Made by a program: the position numbers and the translations under genes. The notes under the pieces were generated by a model. That model searched no databases. It worked only from the letters and a program-made list of their open reading frames with translations, and was not told the origin of the DNA. From a virus (taxonomy: Duplodnaviria; Heunggongvirae; Uroviricota; Caudoviricetes): a stretch of 45,586 bases of DNA. Where the stretch lies: IMG/VR virus record IMGVR_UViG_2713896785_000028, positions 1 through 45,586 of that record, one strand, 5' to 3'. Below are positions 9,359 through 17,715 of this stretch, piece by piece; the first letter of the stretch is position 1; each line of letters begins with the position of its first letter.

Positions 9359-10147
9359 ATGGCTTCAAACTGGATAAAGCTCGAGGTTATTACGCCGGAT
9401 AAGCCGGAAATATTCAGGCTTGCTGAGATTCTGAATATTGATCCAGATGCCGCATTAGGGAAGGTTATTCGCTTCTGGGCATGGGCGGATCAACAAATGA
9501 TAGACGGTAATGCAGATTGTAACGCTCGCGGCGTTACAAAAAGTGCAATAGATCGCATCACTTTTATGGCTGGTTTTGCTGATGCGTTAATTCAGGTTGG
9601 ATGGCTGGTCGAAAATGACGTTGGGCTTTCTCTACCTAACTTTGAACGCCATAACGGAAAAAGCTCTAAAAAACGGGCGGTTACAAACGAACGAGTTACA
9701 AAAATACGTGAACTGAAACGAAAAGGTAACGCTGCCGGCGTTACACAAACGGATCAAAAAGCGCTACCAGAGGAAGAGGAAGAGGAAGATCTAAATACTG
9801 ATCTCCCCCTAAATCCCCCTCGCCAAAAACGAGCGTCTAAAAAATTCGAGCCGGAGGCTATTGAGCTGCCCGATTGGTTGTCGGAAACACTCTGGCATGA
9901 GTGGGTCCGGTTCAGACAGGCATTGCGAAAACCGATTCGAACGGAGCAGGGCGCTAACGGGGCGATACGGGAACTGGAAAAATTCCGTCAGCAGGGTTTT
10001 ACACCTGAGCAGGTGATTCGACACAGCATCGCCAATGAATACCAGGGCCTGTTCGCGCCGAAAGGTGTTCGGCCTGAGACGTTACTCCGACAGGTTAACA
10101 CCGTCTCGTTACCGGATAGTGCGATCCCGCCAGGCTTCAGGGGGTAA
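9359..10147 (+). CDS. ydaU: Replication initiator, lambda O-like function (YdaU-like)
   Basis: 262 aa; located immediately before a DnaC-like loader; contains iteron-like palindromes within its own coding sequence. Confidence 0.6.
   Translation: MASNWIKLEVITPDKPEIFRLAEILNIDPDAALGKVIRFWAWADQQMIDGNADCNARGVTKSAIDRITFMAGFADALIQVGWLVENDVGLSLPNFERHNGKSSKKRAVTNERVTKIRELKRKGNAAGVTQTDQKALPEEEEEEDLNTDLPLNPPRQKRASKKFEPEAIELPDWLSETLWHEWVRFRQALRKPIRTEQGANGAIRELEKFRQQGFTPEQVIRHSIANEYQGLFAPKGVRPETLLRQVNTVSLPDSAIPPGFRG
9518..9538. repeat. Perfect 21-bp palindrome TGTAACGC-N5-GCGTTACA, copy 2, inside ydaU
   Basis: Read directly from the sequence; same half-sites as copy 1 with a different 5-bp centre. Confidence 0.7.
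9725..9745. repeat. Imperfect copy 3 of the GTAACGC-N5-GCGTTAC palindrome inside ydaU
   Basis: Read directly from the sequence; additional direct GTTACAAA half-sites occur near 9679-9701. Confidence 0.55.
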
Positions 10148-10153
10148 CTGACC

Positions 10154-10888
10154 ATGAAAAATATTGCGGCAGGCGGCATTCTTGAACGTATCCGCAGACT
10201 GGCCCCGCCACATGTAACCGCCCCATTCAGAACGGTTGCTGAGTGGCGCGAGTGGCAACTTGCTGAAGGCCAGAAACGTAGCGAGGAGATCAACCGCCTG
10301 AATCGCCAGTTGCGGGTGGAAAAAATTCTGAATCGCTCAGGCATCCAGCCGTTGCACCGTAAATGCTCGTTTGCGAATTACCAGGTGCAGAACGACGGCC
10401 AGCGATACGCGTTAAGCCAGGCGAAATCCATCGCCGATGAACTGATGACCGGGTGTACAAATTTTGCGTTCAGCGGAAAACCTGGTACCGGGAAGAATCA
10501 CTTAGCGGCAGCTATCGGGAATCGCCTGCTGAAAGACGGTCAGACAGTGATTGTGGTTACCGTGGCTGATGTTATGAGCGCCCTGCACGCCAGCTATGAC
10601 GACGGGCAGTCAGGCGAAAAATTTTTGCGGGAACTGTGCGAAGTGGATCTGCTGGTTCTTGATGAAATTGGCATTCAGCGCGAGACGAAAAACGAGCAGG
10701 TGGTACTGCACCAGATTATTGATCGACGGACAGCGTCGATGCGTAGCGTGGGAATGCTGACAAACCTGAACTATGAGGCCATGAAAACATTGCTCGGCGA
10801 GCGGATTATGGATCGCATGACCATGAACGGCGGGCGCTGGGTGAATTTTAACTGGGAGAGCTGGCGCCCGAATGTTGGCTTGCGATGA
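10154..10888 (+). CDS. ydaV: DnaC/IstB-like helicase loader ATPase (YdaV-like)
   Basis: 244 aa; Walker A GKPGTGKNHLAAAIG and Walker B DLLVLDEIG. Confidence 0.85.
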   Translation: MKNIAAGGILERIRRLAPPHVTAPFRTVAEWREWQLAEGQKRSEEINRLNRQLRVEKILNRSGIQPLHRKCSFANYQVQNDGQRYALSQAKSIADELMTGCTNFAFSGKPGTGKNHLAAAIGNRLLKDGQTVIVVTVADVMSALHASYDDGQSGEKFLRELCEVDLLVLDEIGIQRETKNEQVVLHQIIDRRTASMRSVGMLTNLNYEAMKTLLGERIMDRMTMNGGRWVNFNWESWRPNVGLR

Positions 10889-10987
10889 TTTTTATGAGGA
10901 AATAATCGACGAATGAGGGCTAATGTCTGGTCACCCGGTTGACAATTACAAATATTTTATTGACGATGAATGGAAAATGCGTGACGA

Positions 10988-11016
10988 TTACAATATATGA
11001 CTTGTCAAAGTATAAT
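10988..11016 (+). promoter_or_regulatory. Putative sigma70 promoter of the ATPase-protease cassette
   Basis: TTACAA, 17-bp spacer, perfect TATAAT, ending about 10 nt before the ATG at 11027. Confidence 0.4.
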
Positions 11017-11026
11017 GAGAGATTGC

Positions 11027-12130
11027 ATGAAGATTAACCATGAGGATTTAATTGATCTTATAAAGGCATCACTGGATGCGAATTACAGCGAAGTTCGTAG
11101 TGTTAGTAATCGCATTGTTCGCGCAATTAGCGCTCAGGATGCTGACTTAGCAAAGCAAATTAAGTCTATCATCCGTAAAAAAGGGGTACCATTACGTAGC
11201 TCTGGTTATACGGACAGTTTGCCCTTAGATCCGAAATCAAGGATGCCTTTAGTGGAAGAAGTCGAATGGCCTGCAACGCCTTTATTTCTTTCTGATGAAT
11301 CACAGCATATTTTTCATGCTTTTATTCAGAATGTTATCCATCAGAATGAACTTATAGAGAATGGAATTCCAGGTAAATTGAATTTACTTCTTTCTGGTCC
11401 GCCAGGAACAGGTAAGACATTAGTCGCTGGTCATATCGCATCCAAATTAAACAAACCGCTCTATGTTGTTCGGCTTGACTCTGTTATTTCTTCTCTGTTA
11501 GGTGATACAGCGAAGAACCTAAGACAGATTTTTGACTTCGTCCCGACAAAAGATGGTGTGTTATTTCTTGATGAAGTAGATGCGGTTGCTAAGCTTCGTG
11601 ATGACAATCAGGAAGTTGGAGAGTTAAAAAGAGTTGTTAACACATTAATCCAAGGACTGGATTCTCTTGATGATTCTGCTATTGTCATTGCTGCAACTAA
11701 TCATTCGAAGCTATTGGATCCAGCAATTTGGAGACGTTTCCCATATAAAATTAGCTTTGGTTTGCCTGGACAAGATGTCAGATGTGCTATGTGGGAACAT
11801 TTTTTATTTAGAGATGATACGGATTCATTTCTAAGTAAAATGTTATCTATCATATCAACTGGGCTAACAGGTGCTGATATTGAAAATATCAGTTTATCTG
11901 CAAGAAGGCATAGTGTTTTATCTGGCAATGGACTGGATATACCATCTGTTGTTTATGCTATATTGAATAGCGTTGCAGATAGTACAGCAATTCCTTTTGG
12001 TAAGGATATAAATTCGAGTGTTAAGAAAAATTTAGCGAAGGAATTATCTAAGTTTAAATTATCACAGGCAGATATCGGTAGACTTTTAAATGTGAGCAGG
12101 CAAACTATATCAGGTTATTTCAAGGAATAA
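11027..12130 (+). CDS. AAA+ ATPase (IetA-like candidate defence ATPase)
   Basis: 367 aa from the ATG downstream of the predicted promoter (track ORF starts at 10997); Walker A LLLSGPPGTGKT, Walker B VLFLDEVD, sensor-1 IAATNH, Arg-finger region DPAIWRRF; HTH-like C-terminus (LSQADIGRLLNVSRQTISGY); visibly AT-rich. Confidence 0.8.
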   Translation: MKINHEDLIDLIKASLDANYSEVRSVSNRIVRAISAQDADLAKQIKSIIRKKGVPLRSSGYTDSLPLDPKSRMPLVEEVEWPATPLFLSDESQHIFHAFIQNVIHQNELIENGIPGKLNLLLSGPPGTGKTLVAGHIASKLNKPLYVVRLDSVISSLLGDTAKNLRQIFDFVPTKDGVLFLDEVDAVAKLRDDNQEVGELKRVVNTLIQGLDSLDDSAIVIAATNHSKLLDPAIWRRFPYKISFGLPGQDVRCAMWEHFLFRDDTDSFLSKMLSIISTGLTGADIENISLSARRHSVLSGNGLDIPSVVYAILNSVADSTAIPFGKDINSSVKKNLAKELSKFKLSQADIGRLLNVSRQTISGYFKE

Positions 12131-12132
12131 TT

Positions 12133-14400
12133 ATGGTCAGTGAAAATAAAGCTAAAATTTTAAACCCAATAATTACTTTATTGAAACCACCAACGCCAGA
12201 GGCGATTCCTGTTGGAGGGAAAAGTCGTAAAAATATTGTTGGTTCACGGTTGAAACAACAGCGTGAAGTTTTATCCTCAGAGATAGATTCCATATTAAGA
12301 ACAGAAGGTGAAATAGTTAAACATCGTGGTAAGTATCATATAGTAACAAGTATGTTTGAGGACTCATATGCACCATCGTTTATACCAGATTCATTATTCT
12401 GTCCCAGTGTTGAATGTAAGATAGTTGCACCAGCATACAATGGATATTTAATTGAGGTCAATAGCAATGCTTTATTGAAGTTGAAAAATAAAATTAATAA
12501 TGCAAAAGCTATTACTGATCTTGTGGATATTTCAAGGGTTAGAAGTGTTAGTCTTTTTGATTCATCTTGTACATTGCGAAATAGTAGCCTTGATTCGCTC
12601 TGGAATACAGTTAAGGCTTTGAATACATTTCAATTTAATATGTGGCTTATGCCTTTTTTTGATGAGCTTTCTAGAGAGTCTGTAGTTTCAACTTTTTTAA
12701 ATTTTTTAAATGATGGTATCATCGCTTTTGGTTATTCAGATTTTGACATAAAAACTATAAATCAAGATGCTGCTGTTGGCGGGGATAATATAGTCATAGT
12801 TCCACCGTTACTTATTGAAGCGATAAAAAAGTATCGTAAATCAGGTCAAGCATCCGTTACCGTCACTGTAGAGACTAAAGATAGTTTAAACAGGATACTG
12901 AATAGCAGTGCTGTGTATCGTATAGATCCTGTATCACCGCTAAACGTAACAGATACTCCTCCTGGTAATGGGGCTGAACCTGTTCCACCAATATTGGGGG
13001 ATAAGAAAATGCCAACTGTAGTTGTAATTGATGGTGGGTGTAATGCGAAATCATATTCAAATTTAAATATATATAAACTAAATCCGCTAATTCCAGATCA
13101 TGATGCAGATTGTAAACATGGTAATAAAGTTGTATCGTTGTTATGTCACGGTTATGCTTGGAATAATAATTTAAACTTACCTAAATTGCAATGTAGCTAT
13201 ATAAGTGCACAGGCTATTGCGAAAAGGGGAGTGTTGAAACAACCAACTCCGGATCAATTTTTAAATTATTTAAGAATGGTTGCTGACAAAACGTCATCTA
13301 TCGCCAAGGTCTGGAATCTTTCGTTTAATGAAGACGCTCCTCATTATAACTGTAATGAGATAAGTTATCTGGGACATAAAATCAGTTTGTTGGCTCGAGA
13401 ATTTGGTATTCTGCCTGTAATATCTATCGGTAATGTTTCAAAGAACGAAAAACAAAAAAATCTTTGTCCGCCCGCAGATTGTGAGTCAGGAATTACAGTA
13501 AGTGGGAGAACGGCCAATCATGAAGGAATGCCTTCAGATGGCTGTCCTTTAAGTCGGAAAGGCCCTGCTCCTGCAGGAATGAAAAAACCTGAGTTATCAT
13601 GGTTTTCTCGAGTTAGGGTGATAGGTGGAACAGTAGATATCGGAACAAGTTTTAGTGCTCCATTAGTTTCATCTATTGCTGCTCATACCTTTTCGAATAT
13701 TAAAAATGCCACTCCTGATTTGGTTAGGGCATTATTGATTAACAGGAGTGAGTTGCTTTCTCATGATGATGCATTAGGATGGGGGACTCCTTGGGATGGC
13801 GATTTACTGCCATGGTATTGTAAAGATGGCAGTGTCACATTAACGTGGATATCTAAGTTAAAGGCTGGGGCTGCTTATTATTGGAACGATCTTCCATTAC
13901 CTCCAGAGATGTTAGTTAATGGTAAATTAGTTGGTGAGATATCTCTGACAGCTATACTAAAACCTAAGGTTTCTGAGTTCGGAAGTGAGAACTATTTTTC
14001 GACAAGGCTCCAATGTTCGTTACAGGCAATAAAAGAAATTAACGGAACGCTAAAAACAGAAAGCCTTCTTGGGTCAATGAAAGAATCTTCTGTTGATGAG
14101 CGTAAAGCTAGAAATGAACTTTCTAAATGGAGCCCTATTCGCCATCATGCAGAGTCGTTTAAGAGAAAAGATATAACAGGGTGTAAAATTCGGCTTTATG
14201 CTAGGATATATGCTAGAGATTTGTATCAGTATGGGTTAAATAACCAACGGGAGCTTGAAGAGCAAGAGGTTTCCTTTGTTTTAACTTTTAAAAGTGTATC
14301 AGGATCGTCCTCAATATATACATCAATGGTTCAGCAACTTGGTGTTTATGTTGAAAGTGCTGTTATAGATAATCACATTAACATAGATGTTAATAAGTGA
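12133..14400 (+). CDS. Subtilisin-like S8 serine peptidase (IetS-like)
   Basis: 755 aa, 2 nt after the ATPase stop; catalytic-triad motifs in S8 order: Asp (TVVVIDGG), His (HGNKVVS), Ser (GTSFSAPLVSS); about 280-aa N-terminal and 240-aa C-terminal regions of unknown function; AT-rich. Confidence 0.8.
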   Translation: MVSENKAKILNPIITLLKPPTPEAIPVGGKSRKNIVGSRLKQQREVLSSEIDSILRTEGEIVKHRGKYHIVTSMFEDSYAPSFIPDSLFCPSVECKIVAPAYNGYLIEVNSNALLKLKNKINNAKAITDLVDISRVRSVSLFDSSCTLRNSSLDSLWNTVKALNTFQFNMWLMPFFDELSRESVVSTFLNFLNDGIIAFGYSDFDIKTINQDAAVGGDNIVIVPPLLIEAIKKYRKSGQASVTVTVETKDSLNRILNSSAVYRIDPVSPLNVTDTPPGNGAEPVPPILGDKKMPTVVVIDGGCNAKSYSNLNIYKLNPLIPDHDADCKHGNKVVSLLCHGYAWNNNLNLPKLQCSYISAQAIAKRGVLKQPTPDQFLNYLRMVADKTSSIAKVWNLSFNEDAPHYNCNEISYLGHKISLLAREFGILPVISIGNVSKNEKQKNLCPPADCESGITVSGRTANHEGMPSDGCPLSRKGPAPAGMKKPELSWFSRVRVIGGTVDIGTSFSAPLVSSIAAHTFSNIKNATPDLVRALLINRSELLSHDDALGWGTPWDGDLLPWYCKDGSVTLTWISKLKAGAAYYWNDLPLPPEMLVNGKLVGEISLTAILKPKVSEFGSENYFSTRLQCSLQAIKEINGTLKTESLLGSMKESSVDERKARNELSKWSPIRHHAESFKRKDITGCKIRLYARIYARDLYQYGLNNQRELEEQEVSFVLTFKSVSGSSSIYTSMVQQLGVYVESAVIDNHINIDVNK

Positions 14401-14440
14401 TGTACAGAAACTGATTTATTATTATGTTAATTAATGTATT

Positions 14441-14470
14441 ACCCGCTTCGGCGGGTTTTTGTTTTTATTT
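14441..14470 (+). terminator. Rho-independent terminator after the S8 peptidase gene
   Basis: ACCCGC-TTCG-GCGGGT hairpin followed by TTTTTGTTTTTATTTT. Confidence 0.6.
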
Positions 14471-14591
14471 TCAATACGTTTGAAGTTATGGACGATGCCG
14501 GAATAGAATCAAAAATACTTAAGTAGCGCGCAGGGAGAAGAGGGATGGACCCCGAACAGGGGGGTGCTATTTATCTGGAAGGATTCTGTTG

Positions 14592-14765
14592 ATGAAAATT
14601 GAAGAATTACGTGAAATTTTTAGTGAAAATGGCCTCTTTGCTGTGCGCGTTGAGAATGGGGAAGTTATCTACGCAACGTTAATCCCTGATAATCATGTAA
14701 TTTTATCTATCGAGGCATTCATTGAATATCTTGAAAGGCTCGGTTTCAAGGTGATTCGGGAATGA
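14592..14765 (+). CDS. Hypothetical small protein (57 aa)
   Basis: Hand-translated ORF below the track cutoff (MKIEELREIFSENGLFAVRVENGEVIYATLIPDNHVILSIEAFIEYLERLGFKVIRE), GGAAGGA RBS; coordinates approximate. Confidence 0.3.
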   Translation: MKIEELREIFSENGLFAVRVENGEVIYATLIPDNHVILSIEAFIEYLERLGFKVIRE

Positions 14766-14824
14766 GTTATAATTCGTAAGCCAGCCTGAACAACTGGCAA
14801 CCTACAGCGCCATTGGAGACAGCA

Positions 14825-15424
14825 ATGGCGCATATACAACTGGTCAAACAAACCTCTTCCGGATTACTTCTCCCGGCGACGCCGGAGAGTTGCGATTTTT
14901 TGCATCAAATCAAAATAGGTGAGTGGATACACGCAGACTTTAAGCGTGTGCGTAACTACGCATTCCACAAGCGTTTTTTCAAACTCCTGCAACTGGGATT
15001 CGATTACTGGACTCCGGTCGGTGGGGTGATCACGCCTCGCGAACGAGAACTGGTGTCCGGTTTCGTTGATTTCCTGTGCGAATCAGTAGGTCGGGAACAT
15101 ACGCCAGCCCTTAGTGATGCTGCAGAGCAATACCTTAACACCGTTGCGACTCGCAGAACCCGGGATACGGCCTTACTCAAGTCATTTGACGCTTTTCGCG
15201 AATGGATAACCATTCAGGCCGGATTTTACACCGAGCATTTTTATCCGGACGGTAGCCGTGGACGCCGGGCGAAATCCATCGCTTTTGCGAATATGGACGA
15301 AACCGAGTTTCAGCAGGTTTATAAATCTGTACTGAATGTGCTGTGGAACTGGATCCTGTTCCGTAAATTTTCCTCTCCGGAGGAAGTCGAAAATGTGGTC
15401 GCACAGTTACTGGAGTTTGCGTAA
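14825..15424 (+). CDS. Nin-region protein of unknown function (DUF1367-like, by recollection)
   Basis: 199 aa from the ATG with a GGAGA RBS (track ORF begins at a TTG at 14813); stop overlaps the start of the next gene (TAATG). Confidence 0.55.
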   Translation: MAHIQLVKQTSSGLLLPATPESCDFLHQIKIGEWIHADFKRVRNYAFHKRFFKLLQLGFDYWTPVGGVITPRERELVSGFVDFLCESVGREHTPALSDAAEQYLNTVATRRTRDTALLKSFDAFREWITIQAGFYTEHFYPDGSRGRRAKSIAFANMDETEFQQVYKSVLNVLWNWILFRKFSSPEEVENVVAQLLEFA

Positions 15425-15714
15425 TGGTGGATTTACGTAAAGCGGCGCGGGGGCAGATGTGCACCATCAGAATTCCTGGCTACTGCAATCACAATCCCGA
15501 AACTTCTGTGCTGGCGCATTACCGACTGGCGGGGACGTGCGGAACAGCGACAAAACCACACGATATGCAGGCAGCGATTGCCTGTAGATCGTGCCACGAT
15601 TTAATCGACGGGCGGGTAAAAACCAGTGATTACACCAAAGAAGAATTACGCCTGATGCATGCAGAAGGTGTTTTTCGCACACAAGAAATCTGGAGAAAGG
15701 AGGGATATTTATGA
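15424..15714 (+). CDS. ybcO: YbcO-like protein (DUF1364, putative Zn-dependent nuclease)
   Basis: 96 aa; Cys/His-rich (CTIRIPGYCNHNPETSVLAHYRLAGTCGT...CRSCHDLID), resembles recalled DLP12 YbcO. Confidence 0.6.
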   Translation: MVDLRKAARGQMCTIRIPGYCNHNPETSVLAHYRLAGTCGTATKPHDMQAAIACRSCHDLIDGRVKTSDYTKEELRLMHAEGVFRTQEIWRKEGYL

Positions 15715-16253
15715 TTTACCCAACGAATACAGGAAAAAGCGGAGAACACCTTCGTCTCACTACGCTGGAAAGTGTCTGGATTCAGGGAAAACTACGTATG
15801 TGGGGGCGCTGGTCATATATTGGTGGTGGCAGGTCAGGAAATATGTTCAATCAGTTGTTGGCATCCAAAAAATTGACGAAAACAGCCATCAATGAAGCCC
15901 TGCGCAGAATGAAAAAAGCGGGAATAGAGAAACCTGAGCTGGAAGCGTTTTTGCGAGAGATGATCAATGGTAAGCAAAAGAGCTGGCTGGCGCATTGTAC
16001 TGATGCAGAGGCGTTATGTATTGATCGGGTTATAAGTGAGGTGCTGGCAGAACATCCGGGATTGATTAGCATCCTCCGACAACGGTATGAGGGGCGAGGA
16101 ATGAGTAAGAGAAGGATGGCCGGGTTACTAAACGAACAGTATCCAGAGTGGTGTTTTAACACATGCGAAAAGCGAATTGCTAATTGGTTGGCTGTTGCTG
16201 AGTGTGCGCTATACATTCCCATGCGAGAATCATTTGCTCAAAAAATGGCTTGA
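15711..16253 (+). CDS. Q: Late-gene antiterminator Q (lambdoid Q-like)
   Basis: 180 aa; strong AAGGAGGG RBS; WG-W motif (KLRMWGRWSY) recalled from Q-family antiterminators; immediately upstream of a tR'-like terminator and the late region. Confidence 0.6.
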   Translation: MIYPTNTGKSGEHLRLTTLESVWIQGKLRMWGRWSYIGGGRSGNMFNQLLASKKLTKTAINEALRRMKKAGIEKPELEAFLREMINGKQKSWLAHCTDAEALCIDRVISEVLAEHPGLISILRQRYEGRGMSKRRMAGLLNEQYPEWCFNTCEKRIANWLAVAECALYIPMRESFAQKMA

Positions 16254-16334
16254 TTTCTTACGCATAAACTGCTTCAATTCCGATACGCTTCGCAAAGCTG
16301 TATCGCGTGGCGAATTAATCGCATGAACTTCACC

Positions 16335-16362
16335 AGAACCCGCCATTGAGCGGGTTTTGTTG
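16335..16362 (+). terminator. tR'-like terminator downstream of Q
   Basis: CCCGCCATTGAGCGGG hairpin followed by TTTTGTTGTT. Confidence 0.55.
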
Positions 16363-16706
16363 TTATGTTTAACCATCTACGGGAGAGCTGGCGCTCTACT
16401 GACTGGTATTTTGATAACGAAATCTTAAATATTTTATATTGTGATTGTTAGTTGTCTAAATTTTATGTATGTTAAGCGGCACAGGATTCCTCCTGCGACG
16501 AAGTTTTAGTGGAATCATTATTTACTTTTCTTATGCCAGCCTTTCCTTGAGGTTGGTTTTTTTATACCTGAAAAAGCAGGTTGGTACGTTAAACTTTATG
16601 ATGGCTATGCAATTTTAGTTTCTCCTTTCCTGAACCCTCTTGACTACATGGAATTTTCTTTGTTATGTAAAGCGAGTTAATGTTGTTAAGTTGTTAGAGG
16701 ATGATT

Positions 16707-17420
16707 ATGAGTGACAGTACTCTGCTCAGGAATTCTTCACTTTTTGTTGCTTACATGGGGTGTCTTGGGTGGGGAAGTGCTTATTTCTATGGCTGGGGTA
16801 CTTCCTTTTACTATGGCTTTCCATGGTGGGTTGTCGGGGCCGGTGTTGATGATGTGGCCAGAAGCCTGTTTTATGCTGTCACAGTTATCGTTATATTCTT
16901 GGCTGGATGGGGGATCGGTATTGTCTTCTTTCTGGGGATCAAACAAAAAAATAATATGAAGGATTTGAGTGCTGTCAGGCTTTTTCTTGCGATATTGTTG
17001 CTTTTTGTTCCTCCGGCTCTGGAGTTTTCGGTAATTCATCAGCACTTTGTGCCAGATGCATTGGTTTTATGCGCTATTGTGGCATTAATAATTACCATGT
17101 TCGTCAGAACGGGCAGGAAGTTTATTTACGTTAAATGTATTTCTGAAGTGTCTTTTATTCGGCATCACAAGATTGAGTGTGTTATGGCCGGATTCATGCT
17201 CTATTTCTGGTTGTTTTCGCTTATTGCTGGATGGTACAAACCTCAGTTTAAGAAGGAGTATCAGACACTTCACTATGAGAGCGTTTGGTATTACGTTCTT
17301 GCTCGCTATGGTGATCGCTTGGTTTTATCAAAATCGTACAGGCACGGTAGTACGAATTTCGTTATACTTAATAGCGCACATACAGATGAATTTGAAATTA
17401 ATATAGTCAAAGTGCGCTAA
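16707..17420 (+). CDS. Multi-pass membrane protein, moron of unknown function
   Basis: 237 aa from the ATG with an AGAGGA RBS; about five hydrophobic helices rich in Trp/Gly/Tyr plus a roughly 50-aa hydrophilic C-terminus; AT-rich gene with an AT-rich upstream region. Confidence 0.6.
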   Translation: MSDSTLLRNSSLFVAYMGCLGWGSAYFYGWGTSFYYGFPWWVVGAGVDDVARSLFYAVTVIVIFLAGWGIGIVFFLGIKQKNNMKDLSAVRLFLAILLLFVPPALEFSVIHQHFVPDALVLCAIVALIITMFVRTGRKFIYVKCISEVSFIRHHKIECVMAGFMLYFWLFSLIAGWYKPQFKKEYQTLHYESVWYYVLARYGDRLVLSKSYRHGSTNFVILNSAHTDEFEINIVKVR

Positions 17421-17560
17421 AACATTATGAGTAACCGGGATATAGACTTTTCTGCTTGTTGTTCAGATATTTTTACTTGATTGTAGCTGACATACAAGAT
17501 TTAAACGGTTGTGTTGGGTGGATTACAGCGCTAAACTGATTCAGTCAATATTTTTCAATC

Positions 17561-17636
17561 GGCCCTTTAGCTCAGTGGTGAGAGCGAGCGACTCATAATC
17601 GCCTGGTCGCTGGTTCAAATCCAGCAAGGGCCACCA
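17561..17636 (+). tRNA. tRNA with anticodon CAU (Ile2/lysidine type, ileX/ileZ-like)
   Basis: Cloverleaf read by hand: acceptor GGCCCTT/AAGGGCC, D-arm TAGCTCAGTGGTGAGAGC, anticodon loop CTCATAA, T-loop GGTTCAAATCC, encoded CCA; close to the recalled E. coli ileX sequence. Confidence 0.8.
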
Positions 17637-17638
17637 TT

Positions 17639-17715
17639 CCGCCACTAGCTCATCGGGATAGAGCATCAACCTTCTAAGTTGATTGTGCGAGGTTCGAGTC
17701 CTCGGTGGCGGACCA
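17639..17715 (+). tRNA. tRNA-Arg (anticodon UCU)
   Basis: Cloverleaf read by hand: acceptor CCGCCAC/GTGGCGG, anticodon stem TCAAC/GTTGA, loop CTTCTAA, T-arm CGAGGTTCGAGTCCTCG, discriminator A plus CCA. Confidence 0.8.
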
